IMG/VR virus record: IMGVR_UViG_3300044850_000077
Coordinates: 1-33,392 of that record
Length of the DNA stretch: 33,392 nt
Strand: one strand, 5' to 3'
From: a virus
Lineage: Duplodnaviria; Caudoviricetes
Part shown: positions 14,728 through 24,100 of the stretch, piece by piece
How the letters are laid out: each line of letters starts with the position of its first letter
How positions within the stretch are numbered: position 1 is the first letter of the stretch
Translations under genes and position numbers: made by a program
Notes under the pieces: generated by a model
Told to the model about the DNA's origin: nothing
Databases searched by the model: none
What the model saw: only the letters and a program-made list of their open reading frames with translations

Positions 14728-17000
14728 GGTTTTGCGATCCGCCGTGCCACTTCCTGCGCCATGTAGTCAATGTCCTGCTGACCGCGCACCGTGGCTGAAA
14801 TGTTGATGGTCACGTTCTGGTTGCTTGTATTGCTGTTCGTAACCGAACCCGCCGCCGCGCCCGCCAGCGAAGTTTGCGGAACGTTCGTCCCGATCCCGGG
14901 CAGTCCCAGTTGCAGGTTGTTCGTCAATGCCGATATCGTCTGCTCCAGTTGTCGGCGCGCGCTCGGGATGCTGTTTTCCACGCCCTTCGTGAGTCCTGGC
15001 AAAAGGTATTTACCTATGTCGTCAGCGAACACCGTCGAGGGCGATTGCACGCCAAAGATCGACTGGAATTCGTTGACAACCTTGTTGCCAAACGTTCGCA
15101 GGTTATCCAAGAAGAACGGCACCGCGTCCACGATGCCCTGCCATAACCCCTGGATCAGCGCTTTGCCGATCTCTGGCGCCTGTTCCCAAAACTCTGCCAG
15201 GGCAAGCCCGAGCCTGTAGATCAGGTCCCCGATCGCGACCAACACCTGTGGGATCGCAAGGACGATGCCTGCGGCAAGCATCCCCAGCAACTGCCCAGCC
15301 GCGGAAAGCAACAACGGTGCGGCCTCGATCAGCGCAAGTACAATGGCTTCGATCACCTGTGGAAGCGCCTCGATCAAAATCGGGAGGGCGATCAAAATAC
15401 CTTTTGTCAAACCCAATATCAACTGGGTCGCGGCCTCCACCAGCAGGGGCAGGTTCTCGACGATCGTGTTGACGATCAGGATCAACGCCTCGATGATCGC
15501 AGGGATCAATCTCGGCAGGGCTTCGCTCAAGCCGTTTGCCAGCGCGATGACCGCCTGTAACGCGGCTTCCACCAGCAGGGGCAGGTTGTCCAGTATGAAT
15601 TCCAGCAAGGAAACCACGATCTCGATCGCCGCAGGTATAAGACTTGGCAGGGCGGAAATAAGCGACTGAACGATGGACTGTAAAATGACCACGCCCGTTT
15701 GGAGCAATTGGGGCGCCTGCGCCGCGATATCGCTCACGATCCGAGCCGCAAGTTTGCCGATGCCCTCCGCCATCTTCGCAATGTCGCCGTCTGAACTTTC
15801 GACAATGCCCTTGAACCCCTTGAGATAACCGCCCAATTCATCGAACAACGACTGGAACCCGGGCAGAAACGACGCCGCCAGTGTTCCCAGCGTGCCCTTC
15901 AAGCCAGCCTTCAAACTGGCAACCGTGTCGTCGAGTTCTTCAAACGCCGCGACATTCTCCCCAGACATCACCGCCCCCACCTCATGCGACTCCTGCGCCA
16001 GACGCGCCATCTCCGCCGAACCCGCCTTGATCAATGGGTTCAATTCTTGCGCGCTCTTGCCGAATAATTCCATAGACAGCGCGTCACGTTCCGCTTCGTT
16101 CGGTATCCGTCCCAGCGCAGTGATCACGTCGGCGAACACGGCTTCGTTATCTCGCAATTTTCCGCCTGCGTCTGTCACCTTGACGCCCAGCTTATCGAAT
16201 GCCGATGCCGTGTCTCCTAATTGCCCGTCGAACTCCTCGCCTGCGGCAAGCGCCTCTTCACGGTCCTGGTTAAAGTCCGCCTGCTGTTGTTGCGCGCTTC
16301 CCATCGATCGCACCAGCCGCGCCATAGACGAAACGATCGTATCCTGCGATGTGCCAACCTGCTCGCCGATATATTCCATCTCTTGCAAGCGTTCTGTGCT
16401 GATGCCTGTTTTTGCCGATAGGTCAACCAGCTCTGCGGATGCGGTTGCTGTATCGAATACAAGTTTACCAATTGCCAGACCGACACCCGCCACAGCGCCT
16501 GCCAGTCCAGCCACGATCTTGATCGTCCCAGCCACGACCTCCCCGATCCCGCCCATTACCTTTTTGAAATCCTCCATCTTGTCACGGGCGGTATTTGCGG
16601 AATCCCCCGCCTCGTTTTCAGCGGTCGCAAGGTCCTGCAATGCCTGCTCAGACCCCGCCAGTTCTTTTTGCATTTCATTTAACTGTTGTGTCTCTTTGTT
16701 CAGTTGTATCTCGGCGTCCTGCGCCGCGCGGCTGTTCTCCCCGTTCTGCCTGACCATCTCTTCATAGTTTTCGCGTAAAGCCTCCACCTTCAATTTCTGT
16801 ATGTCTATTTTTTCGGTGAGCGAGGAGATGCGGTCCTCAAGCCCTCCCGCGTCCTGCGTCCAATCGTTCAACGCGGATGCGCTGGCGCGAAAACCAGACT
16901 CCAGCACGCGCAACTCGCGGTTTGCCGCCGCCAGTCCCGTCTTGAAGTCGGTTGTGTCTATGCCCAGCTTGCCAGAGAGTTTTTGAACAGCCTCGCCCAT
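14724..17000 (-). CDS. Tape measure protein
   Basis: 758 aa, Ala/Leu-rich and helical; N-terminal KLGIDTTDFKTGL, periodic Pro repeats, C-terminal GVQSPSTVF. Confidence 0.92.
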   Translation of the reverse strand: MGEAVQKLSGKLGIDTTDFKTGLAAANRELRVLESGFRASASALNDWTQDAGGLEDRISSLTEKIDIQKLKVEALRENYEEMVRQNGENSRAAQDAEIQLNKETQQLNEMQKELAGSEQALQDLATAENEAGDSANTARDKMEDFKKVMGGIGEVVAGTIKIVAGLAGAVAGVGLAIGKLVFDTATASAELVDLSAKTGISTERLQEMEYIGEQVGTSQDTIVSSMARLVRSMGSAQQQQADFNQDREEALAAGEEFDGQLGDTASAFDKLGVKVTDAGGKLRDNEAVFADVITALGRIPNEAERDALSMELFGKSAQELNPLIKAGSAEMARLAQESHEVGAVMSGENVAAFEELDDTVASLKAGLKGTLGTLAASFLPGFQSLFDELGGYLKGFKGIVESSDGDIAKMAEGIGKLAARIVSDIAAQAPQLLQTGVVILQSIVQSLISALPSLIPAAIEIVVSLLEFILDNLPLLVEAALQAVIALANGLSEALPRLIPAIIEALILIVNTIVENLPLLVEAATQLILGLTKGILIALPILIEALPQVIEAIVLALIEAAPLLLSAAGQLLGMLAAGIVLAIPQVLVAIGDLIYRLGLALAEFWEQAPEIGKALIQGLWQGIVDAVPFFLDNLRTFGNKVVNEFQSIFGVQSPSTVFADDIGKYLLPGLTKGVENSIPSARRQLEQTISALTNNLQLGLPGIGTNVPQTSLAGAAAGSVTNSNTSNQNVTINISATVRGQQDIDYMAQEVARRIAKP

Positions 17001-17003
17001 TGG

Positions 17004-17255
17004 TTACATCCATTTCACCTGATCGGCATAGACAGGCGCAGAGGGCGCCGCCTTGCCGTCTTTTTTTAACTTCGGGTATTCCAGCATGAACAACAGCACG
17101 GTATAGATGTCCGTCGCTTCGATCTCGCGCAGGCTCCCCAGTTTTCCGAAATCCAGCAGGAGATATTTGATCCTGCGCGCCCAGTTCGTGATTATTTGCC
17201 CTGTCGCACTTTCTGCAAGTTCTGCTTCTGCGAATTCAGGGCTAGGGTAGGGTTT
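17004..17255 (-). CDS. -1 frameshift extension of the tail assembly chaperone (gpGT-like)
   Basis: Slippery A-AAC-CCT at 17255-17249; the -1 frame stays open to ...VYADQVKWM* (TAA 17006-17004), just before the tape measure gene. Confidence 0.75.
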   Translation of the reverse strand, partial: KPYPSPEFAEAELAESATGQIITNWARRIKYLLLDFGKLGSLREIEATDIYTVLLFMLEYPKLKKDGKAAPSAPVYADQVKWM

Positions 17256-17578
17256 TTCTGCATGATGTCTGACACGCGGGCGAATATCTGGCGGAAGATG
17301 GAAAACATCTCCGTCAGGCTCGCGCCGTTGCGTATCTCATCAGGCGTCACCGCATGGTCGAAAATGAACGCGACGAAGTCCGTCAACAGCGCGATCTGTT
17401 CGCGGGTGAAGTTTTGCGGTTCGCCTTTTTCGTCGAATGCGACGCTCTCGAACTCTGCTTGCAGGTCGATGGCGCGCTCGAGGATGCCCCAGGGGACGAT
17501 CGAGCGCGTCACCCTGCGTTTGACCTCGTCATCCACGCCATACAATATCAGTTCCAGCGGCGCTAAAGGGATTGGCAT
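17192..17578 (-). CDS. Tail assembly chaperone (gpG-like)
   Basis: Lies between the major tail and tape measure genes; start MPIPL at 17578 with SD GGAG. Confidence 0.8.
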   Translation of the reverse strand: MPIPLAPLELILYGVDDEVKRRVTRSIVPWGILERAIDLQAEFESVAFDEKGEPQNFTREQIALLTDFVAFIFDHAVTPDEIRNGASLTEMFSIFRQIFARVSDIMQKNPTLALNSQKQNLQKVRQGK

Positions 17579-17592
17579 GTGAAGTAATCTCC

Positions 17593-17630
17593 AATGGATG
17601 TGACGCCCGTGATCGGGCGTCACATCCATT
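17593..17630. terminator. 17-bp perfect hairpin after the major tail gene
   Basis: aatggatgtgacgcccg-tgat-cgggcgtcacatccatt; no clear U-tract, so it may be a stability or processing element. Confidence 0.6.
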
Positions 17631-17635
17631 TGTCA

Positions 17636-18550
17636 TTAGGCTGTGGTGAAATCGTACACGGTATCGGCGAGCGCCTGACCGTAAATGTCTGACACGCCTG
17701 GCACAACGATCATGTGCGCCGCGGCCGCTGTCAGGTTGCCCGACGGGTCGAGAGTGACGATCGTGCGAGCCGCATTGATCGTGCGACTGCATGTCACAGG
17801 CGCGGCGGTGCTGGTCCGCAACAGGATGATGCCGTCCTCTGCATGAGAGGCAAGCGCGTTGCTGAAGGTCAATGTGATGGTCACACCCACAGATACACCA
17901 GCCGCTCCATCCGCAGGCGACGGGGTACAGGTAAACGCACCCGGGGAACCAGCCACAGGCACCTGCACGGCGTCGAACCAGGTCGTTCCGACAAAATTGG
18001 TCGAATCCTCATCGCCCTCGACGCCCTTGAATCCGTCCGTCACAGACCCAACCGTGAATTGGTGGATCGTCTTCACCGCGGTGAATGTGATCGTGGTCGC
18101 TTTCGGGTCGGGACTGTCGGTCTTGCTTGCCGCTTCCTGTTCGGGGGCGGTGAATTTTCCCTTCAAATACTGAAGGTATTTGTAATTGCCATTCGACTTG
18201 ACCGTGCGGAATGACAGCGCAATATCGGGAGGCGTTCCGCCGTTGTCCATCAGGCGACCCGTGGCCGCGTCCCACACCTTCCCAAGGATGGTGGCGCGCG
18301 TCTCCATCGGGATGGCAGTCACATCCATTTCGATCTTGGTCTCGCCCTCGCTGGTCATCGTGTCGAATGGACCGTCGTCGGCGTATTGCGTCTGCGAATT
18401 GGACGCAGGCGTCACCTTCACCGACATCGCGGGCGCAAAATATTCAGGCGTGTCGGCGGCGTAGGCTCCGTCGTCATCCTGGGTAACAAGCGCGAAATAC
18501 AGGTCGCGCACCCCTACAATACTTTTTCGTTCAGTGGCATTAACAGGCAT
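17636..18550 (-). CDS. Major tail protein (phi13 family) with C-terminal Ig-like domain
   Basis: VGVRDLYFA, QYADDG, YLKGKF motifs; C-terminal PSPADGAAGVSV...ITLTFS...YDFTT. Confidence 0.88.
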   Translation of the reverse strand: MPVNATERKSIVGVRDLYFALVTQDDDGAYAADTPEYFAPAMSVKVTPASNSQTQYADDGPFDTMTSEGETKIEMDVTAIPMETRATILGKVWDAATGRLMDNGGTPPDIALSFRTVKSNGNYKYLQYLKGKFTAPEQEAASKTDSPDPKATTITFTAVKTIHQFTVGSVTDGFKGVEGDEDSTNFVGTTWFDAVQVPVAGSPGAFTCTPSPADGAAGVSVGVTITLTFSNALASHAEDGIILLRTSTAAPVTCSRTINAARTIVTLDPSGNLTAAAAHMIVVPGVSDIYGQALADTVYDFTTA

Positions 18551-18617
18551 ATCTCAATTCTCCTTGTGTAAAATTTTTTCGACATGGATGAAGTTTTTTG
18601 TTTCATATCGTCATGGC

Positions 18618-18968
18618 TCACTCCTTCGTCTCGAGATAGACATAATCAAGAGCCAGTCCATAATGACCCGTGCCCGCGTCCTGGGGCAGGGAACGGCTTG
18701 AACTTTTCTCGAAACCCGCCGCAAGCATGGCGGCGTCCACACCAGGCAGGGAGGCCAGTCCGCTGTGACTGAACACCGAAACCTGGATGATATAGGATCG
18801 TTCCGTCTCCGAATCGTCGGCGTGTTGCTCGGGTTCGCCAGCGATCATTTGATACGCCATATATTGATCGGGAAGGTCACCGCTGGATTTATACGGCGCC
18901 ATCGCAAACGGCACAGCGGGATTGATCGTCCCCAGCGCAGTTTCCACACGCTCGAAAATGGTGGTCAT
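18618..18968 (-). CDS. Tail terminator/completion protein
   Basis: Synteny; PDQYMAY...HADD...IQVSVFS...GFE pattern. Confidence 0.75.
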   Translation of the reverse strand: MTTIFERVETALGTINPAVPFAMAPYKSSGDLPDQYMAYQMIAGEPEQHADDSETERSYIIQVSVFSHSGLASLPGVDAAMLAAGFEKSSSRSLPQDAGTGHYGLALDYVYLETKE

Positions 18969-18969
18969 A

Positions 18970-19374
18970 TCAAGCCAGCCCCCATCGTTTGAGGACTCTT
19001 GTCATCGCTTTTTTGACCACGTTGCGCTTGGTCTTCAACGCAGGGCGTATATAGGGTTGCGCCCCAACGCTTGCCGAACCGTACTCGATCACATTCGAAT
19101 AGATCGCCGTGTCCCTGTCGGTGTGGGCGCGGTCATGGATGACGCCCACGTCGGCAAAGATATAATTCCCAGTCTGGTTTGGCCCATCCACCTGGATATG
19201 GTCGTACAGGTTGCCCGTATCAATTGGCACAAGCCTGCGCATTTCATCCTGCACTTCTTCGGCGGCTTCGCCAAGTACCTCATGGGTGAAGCCGTCCACA
19301 TCGCGCCCTGCCGCGGCGATATCCTCAAGCCAGCTTTTCAAACCAGTCATCGTGAATTTTCCCTGGGTGGTCAT
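18970..19374 (-). CDS. HK97 gp10-family neck protein
   Basis: LVPIDTGNL, IEYGSASVGAQPYIRPA. Confidence 0.85.
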   Translation of the reverse strand: MTTQGKFTMTGLKSWLEDIAAAGRDVDGFTHEVLGEAAEEVQDEMRRLVPIDTGNLYDHIQVDGPNQTGNYIFADVGVIHDRAHTDRDTAIYSNVIEYGSASVGAQPYIRPALKTKRNVVKKAMTRVLKRWGLA

Positions 19375-19745
19375 GTTTTCACCGTTCCTTTCGAGCGCTC
19401 CACGATCATTTCTGTCCAGCGCCTGCGCTCGCGTATGTGGTCAATGGATACGATCTGCCATGCCTTGCCGTCCTTGAGAATCCGCCATGTGGATTGGATA
19501 TCCTCGCGGTATCGCACGGTCACGGTCGCGCGTTGTGAGAACTTCAAGGCGTCGCTTTGAACAGCCTCCTGCCCGTGTGCGTTCACCCAGCGCGCCCACA
19601 CGAACGGATCATGTTCGACGTTGGCGTACCCGAACACTTGCGCGCCGCCGTCATCACGCGCCTCGGTCGGCTCCTGAAAAGTGATTCGGGTCCGCAGGTC
19701 GCCCGCGTTGATAAGAGTATCGAACCTGTCGAACCTGTCAGTCAT
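19371..19745 (-). CDS. Head closure/head-tail adaptor (SPP1 gp16-like)
   Basis: NAGDLRTRITFQ, VWARW, TVRYREDI...WRI. Confidence 0.85.
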   Translation of the reverse strand: MTDRFDRFDTLINAGDLRTRITFQEPTEARDDGGAQVFGYANVEHDPFVWARWVNAHGQEAVQSDALKFSQRATVTVRYREDIQSTWRILKDGKAWQIVSIDHIRERRRWTEMIVERSKGTVKT

Positions 19746-20059
19746 GCAAGATTTCCTTCCACAAAAAAGGCAGGTTCAGGATGGCTGTGCCCTTTCCATG
19801 CGCCCAGTTCGTAATACGCCTGCGCCTTCCACTCGCCCAGGTTGTCGATGTCGCCGTCCAGTACGGTATAAGAGATCGAGCCCTGTGCGAGATTCTCCGC
19901 GGACGCGGTGAATTCCTTGCCATTGGTGCTCAGGGTTGATTTTATTTTTATCTTCAGGTTGCTCGCGCCCGTCAGGTCACGCACCGCGCCATCTGGGTCT
20001 TTTACGTTCACAACCAGCTTGAATCCATAATTGCCAAGTTGTACGATATCCAAAATCAT
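19742..20059 (-). CDS. BppU N-terminal-like small structural protein
   Basis: DPDGAVRDLTGA...GSISYTVLDGDIDNLGEWKAQA. Confidence 0.6.
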   Translation of the reverse strand: MILDIVQLGNYGFKLVVNVKDPDGAVRDLTGASNLKIKIKSTLSTNGKEFTASAENLAQGSISYTVLDGDIDNLGEWKAQAYYELGAWKGHSHPEPAFFVEGNLA

Positions 20060-21465
20060 GGAGCATCCTCCGCGTCTACGCTCACCAAAGCGACAGACCT
20101 TGAATTGATGGACAATGGATCGTTCGAGATCGAATTGATCCCGAAATCAATATACGCGACCGAGTCCACCAGGATAATCCGCGTCACCGCTCCGCTGAAC
20201 ACGATTGCCTGCGCCGCATCCACCTCCGACGCCTGACCAACGCCCCTGGACTTCAATCGCGCAAAGGCTTGCGATAGATCAGATTCATTGACCTGCACCA
20301 GGGTCGCTTGCTTGGCAGGCGAGAATGCCTGCGCCAGGTCGGCTTCATTGACCTGCAATAACGCCCTGATCCTTTGCGGACTAATGGATTGCACACTATC
20401 GAATTCGACCACCTGCGCCACGGAAACGCGCTTCGTGCGGAAGAACTGTTGCGCAATGTCCGTTTCTTCGACCTGCTGGACAAGTATTCCTGTGACGCGT
20501 GTGATGCTTTGCGCCGAATCCATCTCCGACGCCTGACTGGTAAGTTTCGCCTTCAATTTTGAAAGCGCCTGCGCCTCATCAGATTCGGATGCCTGACCTG
20601 CGACTCTTGCCTTCTGTCTCGCAATTGCCTGCGCTGTATCGGTTTCGCTGGTTTGCGCCATTGCGTAGCGTCGTTGCGCTGTGATGCCTTGCGCCGAATC
20701 CGCCTCCGAAACCTGACCTGCGACTCTTGCCTTCTGTCTCGCAATTGCCTGCGCTGTATCGGTTTCGCTGGTTTGCGCCAATGCGTAGCGTCTTTGTGCA
20801 GTGATGCCTTGCGCCGAATCCGCCTCCGAAACCTGACCTGCGACTCTTGCTTTCTGTCTCGCAAACGCCTGCGCTGAATCGGTCTCACTGGTTTGCGCCA
20901 TTGCATAGCGTCGTTGCGCTGTGATGCCTTGTGCCGCATCCGTCTCTGTAACCTGGTTCACTGGCACAATCGTCTGGTTGCTTCCAGGTGTGATCGTCTG
21001 CGCTGAATCCGTCTCGCTTGCTTGCGCCATTGCATAGCGTCGTTGTGCAGTGATCCCTTGCGCCGAATCCGTCTCCGAAGCCTGACCTGCGACTCTTGCC
21101 TTCTGTCCAACAAACGCCTGCGCTGAATCCGTCTCGCTTGCTTGCGCCATTGCATAGCGTCGTTGTGCAGTGATCCCTTGCGCCTCATCAGACTCGGATG
21201 CCTGTCCCGCGACTCTTGCCTTCTGTACAACAAACGCCTGCGCTGAATCCGTCTCGCTCGGTTGTGCAACCGCATAGCGTCGTTGCGCTGTGATGCTTTG
21301 CGCCGAATCCGCCTCGCTGACCTGCCCGAGCGTGCGAATCTTTACGCGATTGATCGCCTGCGATTCGTCGGTTTCACTCGTCTGACCAACCGCGTACGCC
21401 CCAAGCGCGCCATACACACGTATGCGAATGACCTTCGCGGGAAAACCACGCCCAAGCCTCGCCAT
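20056..21465 (-). CDS. 20-residue tandem-repeat fibrous protein
   Basis: About 20 units of Q[VAT]SE[TAS]D[SET]AQ.I.. Confidence 0.85.
   Translation of the reverse strand: MARLGRGFPAKVIRIRVYGALGAYAVGQTSETDESQAINRVKIRTLGQVSEADSAQSITAQRRYAVAQPSETDSAQAFVVQKARVAGQASESDEAQGITAQRRYAMAQASETDSAQAFVGQKARVAGQASETDSAQGITAQRRYAMAQASETDSAQTITPGSNQTIVPVNQVTETDAAQGITAQRRYAMAQTSETDSAQAFARQKARVAGQVSEADSAQGITAQRRYALAQTSETDTAQAIARQKARVAGQVSEADSAQGITAQRRYAMAQTSETDTAQAIARQKARVAGQASESDEAQALSKLKAKLTSQASEMDSAQSITRVTGILVQQVEETDIAQQFFRTKRVSVAQVVEFDSVQSISPQRIRALLQVNEADLAQAFSPAKQATLVQVNESDLSQAFARLKSRGVGQASEVDAAQAIVFSGAVTRIILVDSVAYIDFGINSISNDPLSINSRSVALVSVDAEDAP
20200..21390 (-). repeat. 60-bp tandem repeat with alternating A/B (120-bp) period
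   Basis: 21001-21060 is identical to 21121-21180; 20641-20700 is nearly identical to 20761-20820. Confidence 0.9.
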
Positions 21466-22739
21466 TAGATCACCGCTCCTCGGTTGAGAGCCTGCAATAC
21501 CACCTGTGGACGGACTGGATATTGCTTATTATTGCCAGCCGCCACGTACCACACAAACGCCTGGGCAGGGTCGGCGTCATCCATGATGCAGGTAAACCCA
21601 TCGGCATCCACGCTCTTGATGTCCATCAATCCAACCACTGCATCGCTTGCCCCGATATTGATATACACCTCATCAAATTCAACCGCGCTGTCGCACTCAC
21701 TATCGGCGGTTGCATTCTCCATATAGGATGCCTCCGCAATCCTCGAACTTGCGCTGTCAAACGCCCCGACGCTGTTGCTCCAATTTGCATCCACGACATT
21801 CTGTGTGCTTTTAGGCAAAGTGTGCGAAAAAAACATCCCAAATTTTGGGGTAAACCCAAAGCCGCTTTCCACAATATCTGTGGATGTGTCTGTTTGTGTC
21901 AACAAACTGCCTATCAACCATTGACCGCCTTTGATGCACAGGTAATCGTATGAACCCGCCGCAAGTTCAAGCCAGTTGATCGTGAATCCATCCGAATCCA
22001 TTGAAACAAAAGTGCCGCGGCAACTGATGTCGAACGTGGCTGACGTGTTGCCAGCCCCAAGACACTCGCCGTCATAGGAATAACTTTTTGCGTCCATTGT
22101 CAGTTGACCGCTTGGCGCGCCGCCGAACAGAATAGCCTGTTGTGAACTACTGACCGCCGCGCCAAATGATCCTTCTGCGTTCGTCCCGTTCGAGCCGCTT
22201 GTAGTAATGCGATTACATGCAAAGAAAACAATGTCAGGCTTGAAACCAACACCCGTCACAGCCTCATTCCCAGTTCCGCCCGGAATAGACCTGCCGTTCG
22301 CGGCAAATACATTTGTGATGTCGTCGCCTCCAAGAGCCAGATAACCAATCCTGAATGACGTGACGAACTGGTCATCCACGATCAGCGTAAAGCCGCCGCT
22401 GTCGAACGAAACGAAATCCAACGACCCATCAACAGTCGTAGTTGAACCCGAGGCTGGATGCACGGTGATCGCCTCGTCGCTCTGCCGATTTTTGTTGGTT
22501 GCAGAGGAAGTGCGGGCATCACGGGAAGCGGCGGCTCGATTGGAGCGGGAGGACGAACTGACAGCCCATCCCATACCCATCGAATTATTCGCGTTGAATA
22601 ATGCGTCCACCGAACCAGTTGCGCCCGTCCACCAAAAAATGACGGCTTTCGGTTGAAAGCCAACATCATTCACCACCACATTCGAGGACACCGCTCCCGT
22701 TCCCGTGAGGAACGACCCAACCTTCGACAATAATGTCAT
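21465..22739 (-). CDS. Beta-rich virion appendage/adhesin-like protein with three internal repeats
   Basis: GFQPKAVIF / GFKPDIVFF / GFTPKFGMF, each followed by a later D-x-x-GFT motif. Confidence 0.6.
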   Translation of the reverse strand: MTLLSKVGSFLTGTGAVSSNVVVNDVGFQPKAVIFWWTGATGSVDALFNANNSMGMGWAVSSSSRSNRAAASRDARTSSATNKNRQSDEAITVHPASGSTTTVDGSLDFVSFDSGGFTLIVDDQFVTSFRIGYLALGGDDITNVFAANGRSIPGGTGNEAVTGVGFKPDIVFFACNRITTSGSNGTNAEGSFGAAVSSSQQAILFGGAPSGQLTMDAKSYSYDGECLGAGNTSATFDISCRGTFVSMDSDGFTINWLELAAGSYDYLCIKGGQWLIGSLLTQTDTSTDIVESGFGFTPKFGMFFSHTLPKSTQNVVDANWSNSVGAFDSASSRIAEASYMENATADSECDSAVEFDEVYINIGASDAVVGLMDIKSVDADGFTCIMDDADPAQAFVWYVAAGNNKQYPVRPQVVLQALNRGAVI

Positions 22740-22742
22740 CGG

Positions 22743-23147
22743 CTAGATACCCAGTTTCGACCTGACTTCGGCAGGGGTGGTGTATTGAGTTACAACATCT
22801 TCCGCCAAAATAAACACGGCATGTACCTTCTCCATGAACAGGGCTTTGTTCGCCAACGCGGTCGCGGTCGAGCCTGTCGGTGCAGTTGCAACCAGCGAGT
22901 CGTACTCCGCCTGTGCCGCGGCGTCCATTGCAAAATAGGTCTTTACCTGCGCCACCGTCACCGCGCCGCGGATCACCTCGCTCTGCGCCGCAAAGAAGGT
23001 ATGCACAGGAATCTTTGGTTCTTCCAAACCCATCAAACGTTCAACGAGTGCCATAGTGTTCATATCCTTGTTGATACGGATCACGATCAGGAATAACGTA
23101 GTCGCGATACCCGAGAGGACGCAATACGCGACTACGCACTCCATCAT
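22743..23147 (-). CDS. Hypothetical protein (alternative starts at 23063/23054)
   Basis: ATGA-coupled long start with a hydrophobic N-terminus; internal AAGGA SD before MNTMALVER. Confidence 0.65.
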   Translation of the reverse strand: MMECVVAYCVLSGIATTLFLIVIRINKDMNTMALVERLMGLEEPKIPVHTFFAAQSEVIRGAVTVAQVKTYFAMDAAAQAEYDSLVATAPTGSTATALANKALFMEKVHAVFILAEDVVTQYTTPAEVRSKLGI

Positions 23148-23599
23148 TCCTCGAAGTACACGTTCACCAGGTAATCCGTCACGGTTTCAGCAGATTGCCA
23201 GGTGACACGCACCTCCCAAAATTCACTGGGCGCCATCTCGATCTCGCGTCCCAATGGAAACTGCACGACCATGCCCGATGTGGCGGGCACCAGCCAGGCT
23301 TGCTGGATCGTCGGCGACGAGCCATCGGTTGTGTCGTTGGTGCGCGCGGTCGTCACAGATGCGACCCGTGACTGCACCTTGATGGGCGTATAGGTTCCAC
23401 CGCCAGAGGGCGCGGCGGTAGTCTTGACCAGTTCCACCAGCACAGGCTTTGCCGCCGCGTTCGTCCCGTTCAGCGTGACATCGATCTGCGTGATGACGTT
23501 GCGGACGCCTGCTCCAGTCGCAAGCGCGACGGCGACCTTGACAGAGCCTGCCGCCGCGCCTGCTGTTTTGCCGCTTGTGACCGAGAATAATTGTCCCAT
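23144..23599 (-). CDS. Putative structural protein (beta-sandwich-like)
   Basis: Thr/Val/Ala-rich; QFPLGREI, C-terminal VYFEE. Confidence 0.65.
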   Translation of the reverse strand: MGQLFSVTSGKTAGAAAGSVKVAVALATGAGVRNVITQIDVTLNGTNAAAKPVLVELVKTTAAPSGGGTYTPIKVQSRVASVTTARTNDTTDGSSPTIQQAWLVPATSGMVVQFPLGREIEMAPSEFWEVRVTWQSAETVTDYLVNVYFEE

Positions 23600-23611
23600 C
23601 GTATACCGCCT

Positions 23612-24085
23612 TTACGAGGCTCGGAAGAAACCAGCCGCCGCGATCTGCGCCACAATATCCGAACCATCAGGCGTGACGGCAAAATCATGGCATGTCAACG
23701 GGATGATGGCTGAATCCGTACCGCCCGTGGTGTCTGGGTCATAACATACCAGGATGTCCGTCCATGCCGTTCCTGCCAGGATCGTTGACCACGTCTGGTC
23801 TGGCAGGTCGATATCGTAACGGTCATTGGTATCATCTGGCGCGGGAAGCGCCGCCAGGTCTGCATCGGTCAGCGTTTTGCGGGCGTAGTTGGTGTTCGTC
23901 ACCTCGTTCGCCGTTCCACCCAGCAATGCCGCCAGGTCGTCTCGGTCCTTCATCGTCGCATCCGTATCTCCATTCGCGTCGATCACCACCAGGATCAGCG
24001 CGCTATTCGTCGGATCGTTCGATTTGACGCGGTTGTAATATTCCACAACCCGCCCCTTCGCAATGTTGAAAACAAAATCAGCCAT
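23612..24085 (-). CDS. Putative virion structural protein
   Basis: Strong SD AAGGAG; NYARKTL, DFAVTPDGSDIVAQIAAAGFF. Confidence 0.7.
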   Translation of the reverse strand: MADFVFNIAKGRVVEYYNRVKSNDPTNSALILVVIDANGDTDATMKDRDDLAALLGGTANEVTNTNYARKTLTDADLAALPAPDDTNDRYDIDLPDQTWSTILAGTAWTDILVCYDPDTTGGTDSAIIPLTCHDFAVTPDGSDIVAQIAAAGFFRAS

Positions 24086-24100
24086 AGCCTTCTCCTTAAA

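Noticed and set aside
20200-21390. CRISPR array or DGR template/variable repeats
   Set aside because: The repeats are contiguous in-frame coding units with no unique spacers, and no cas or reverse transcriptase gene is present.
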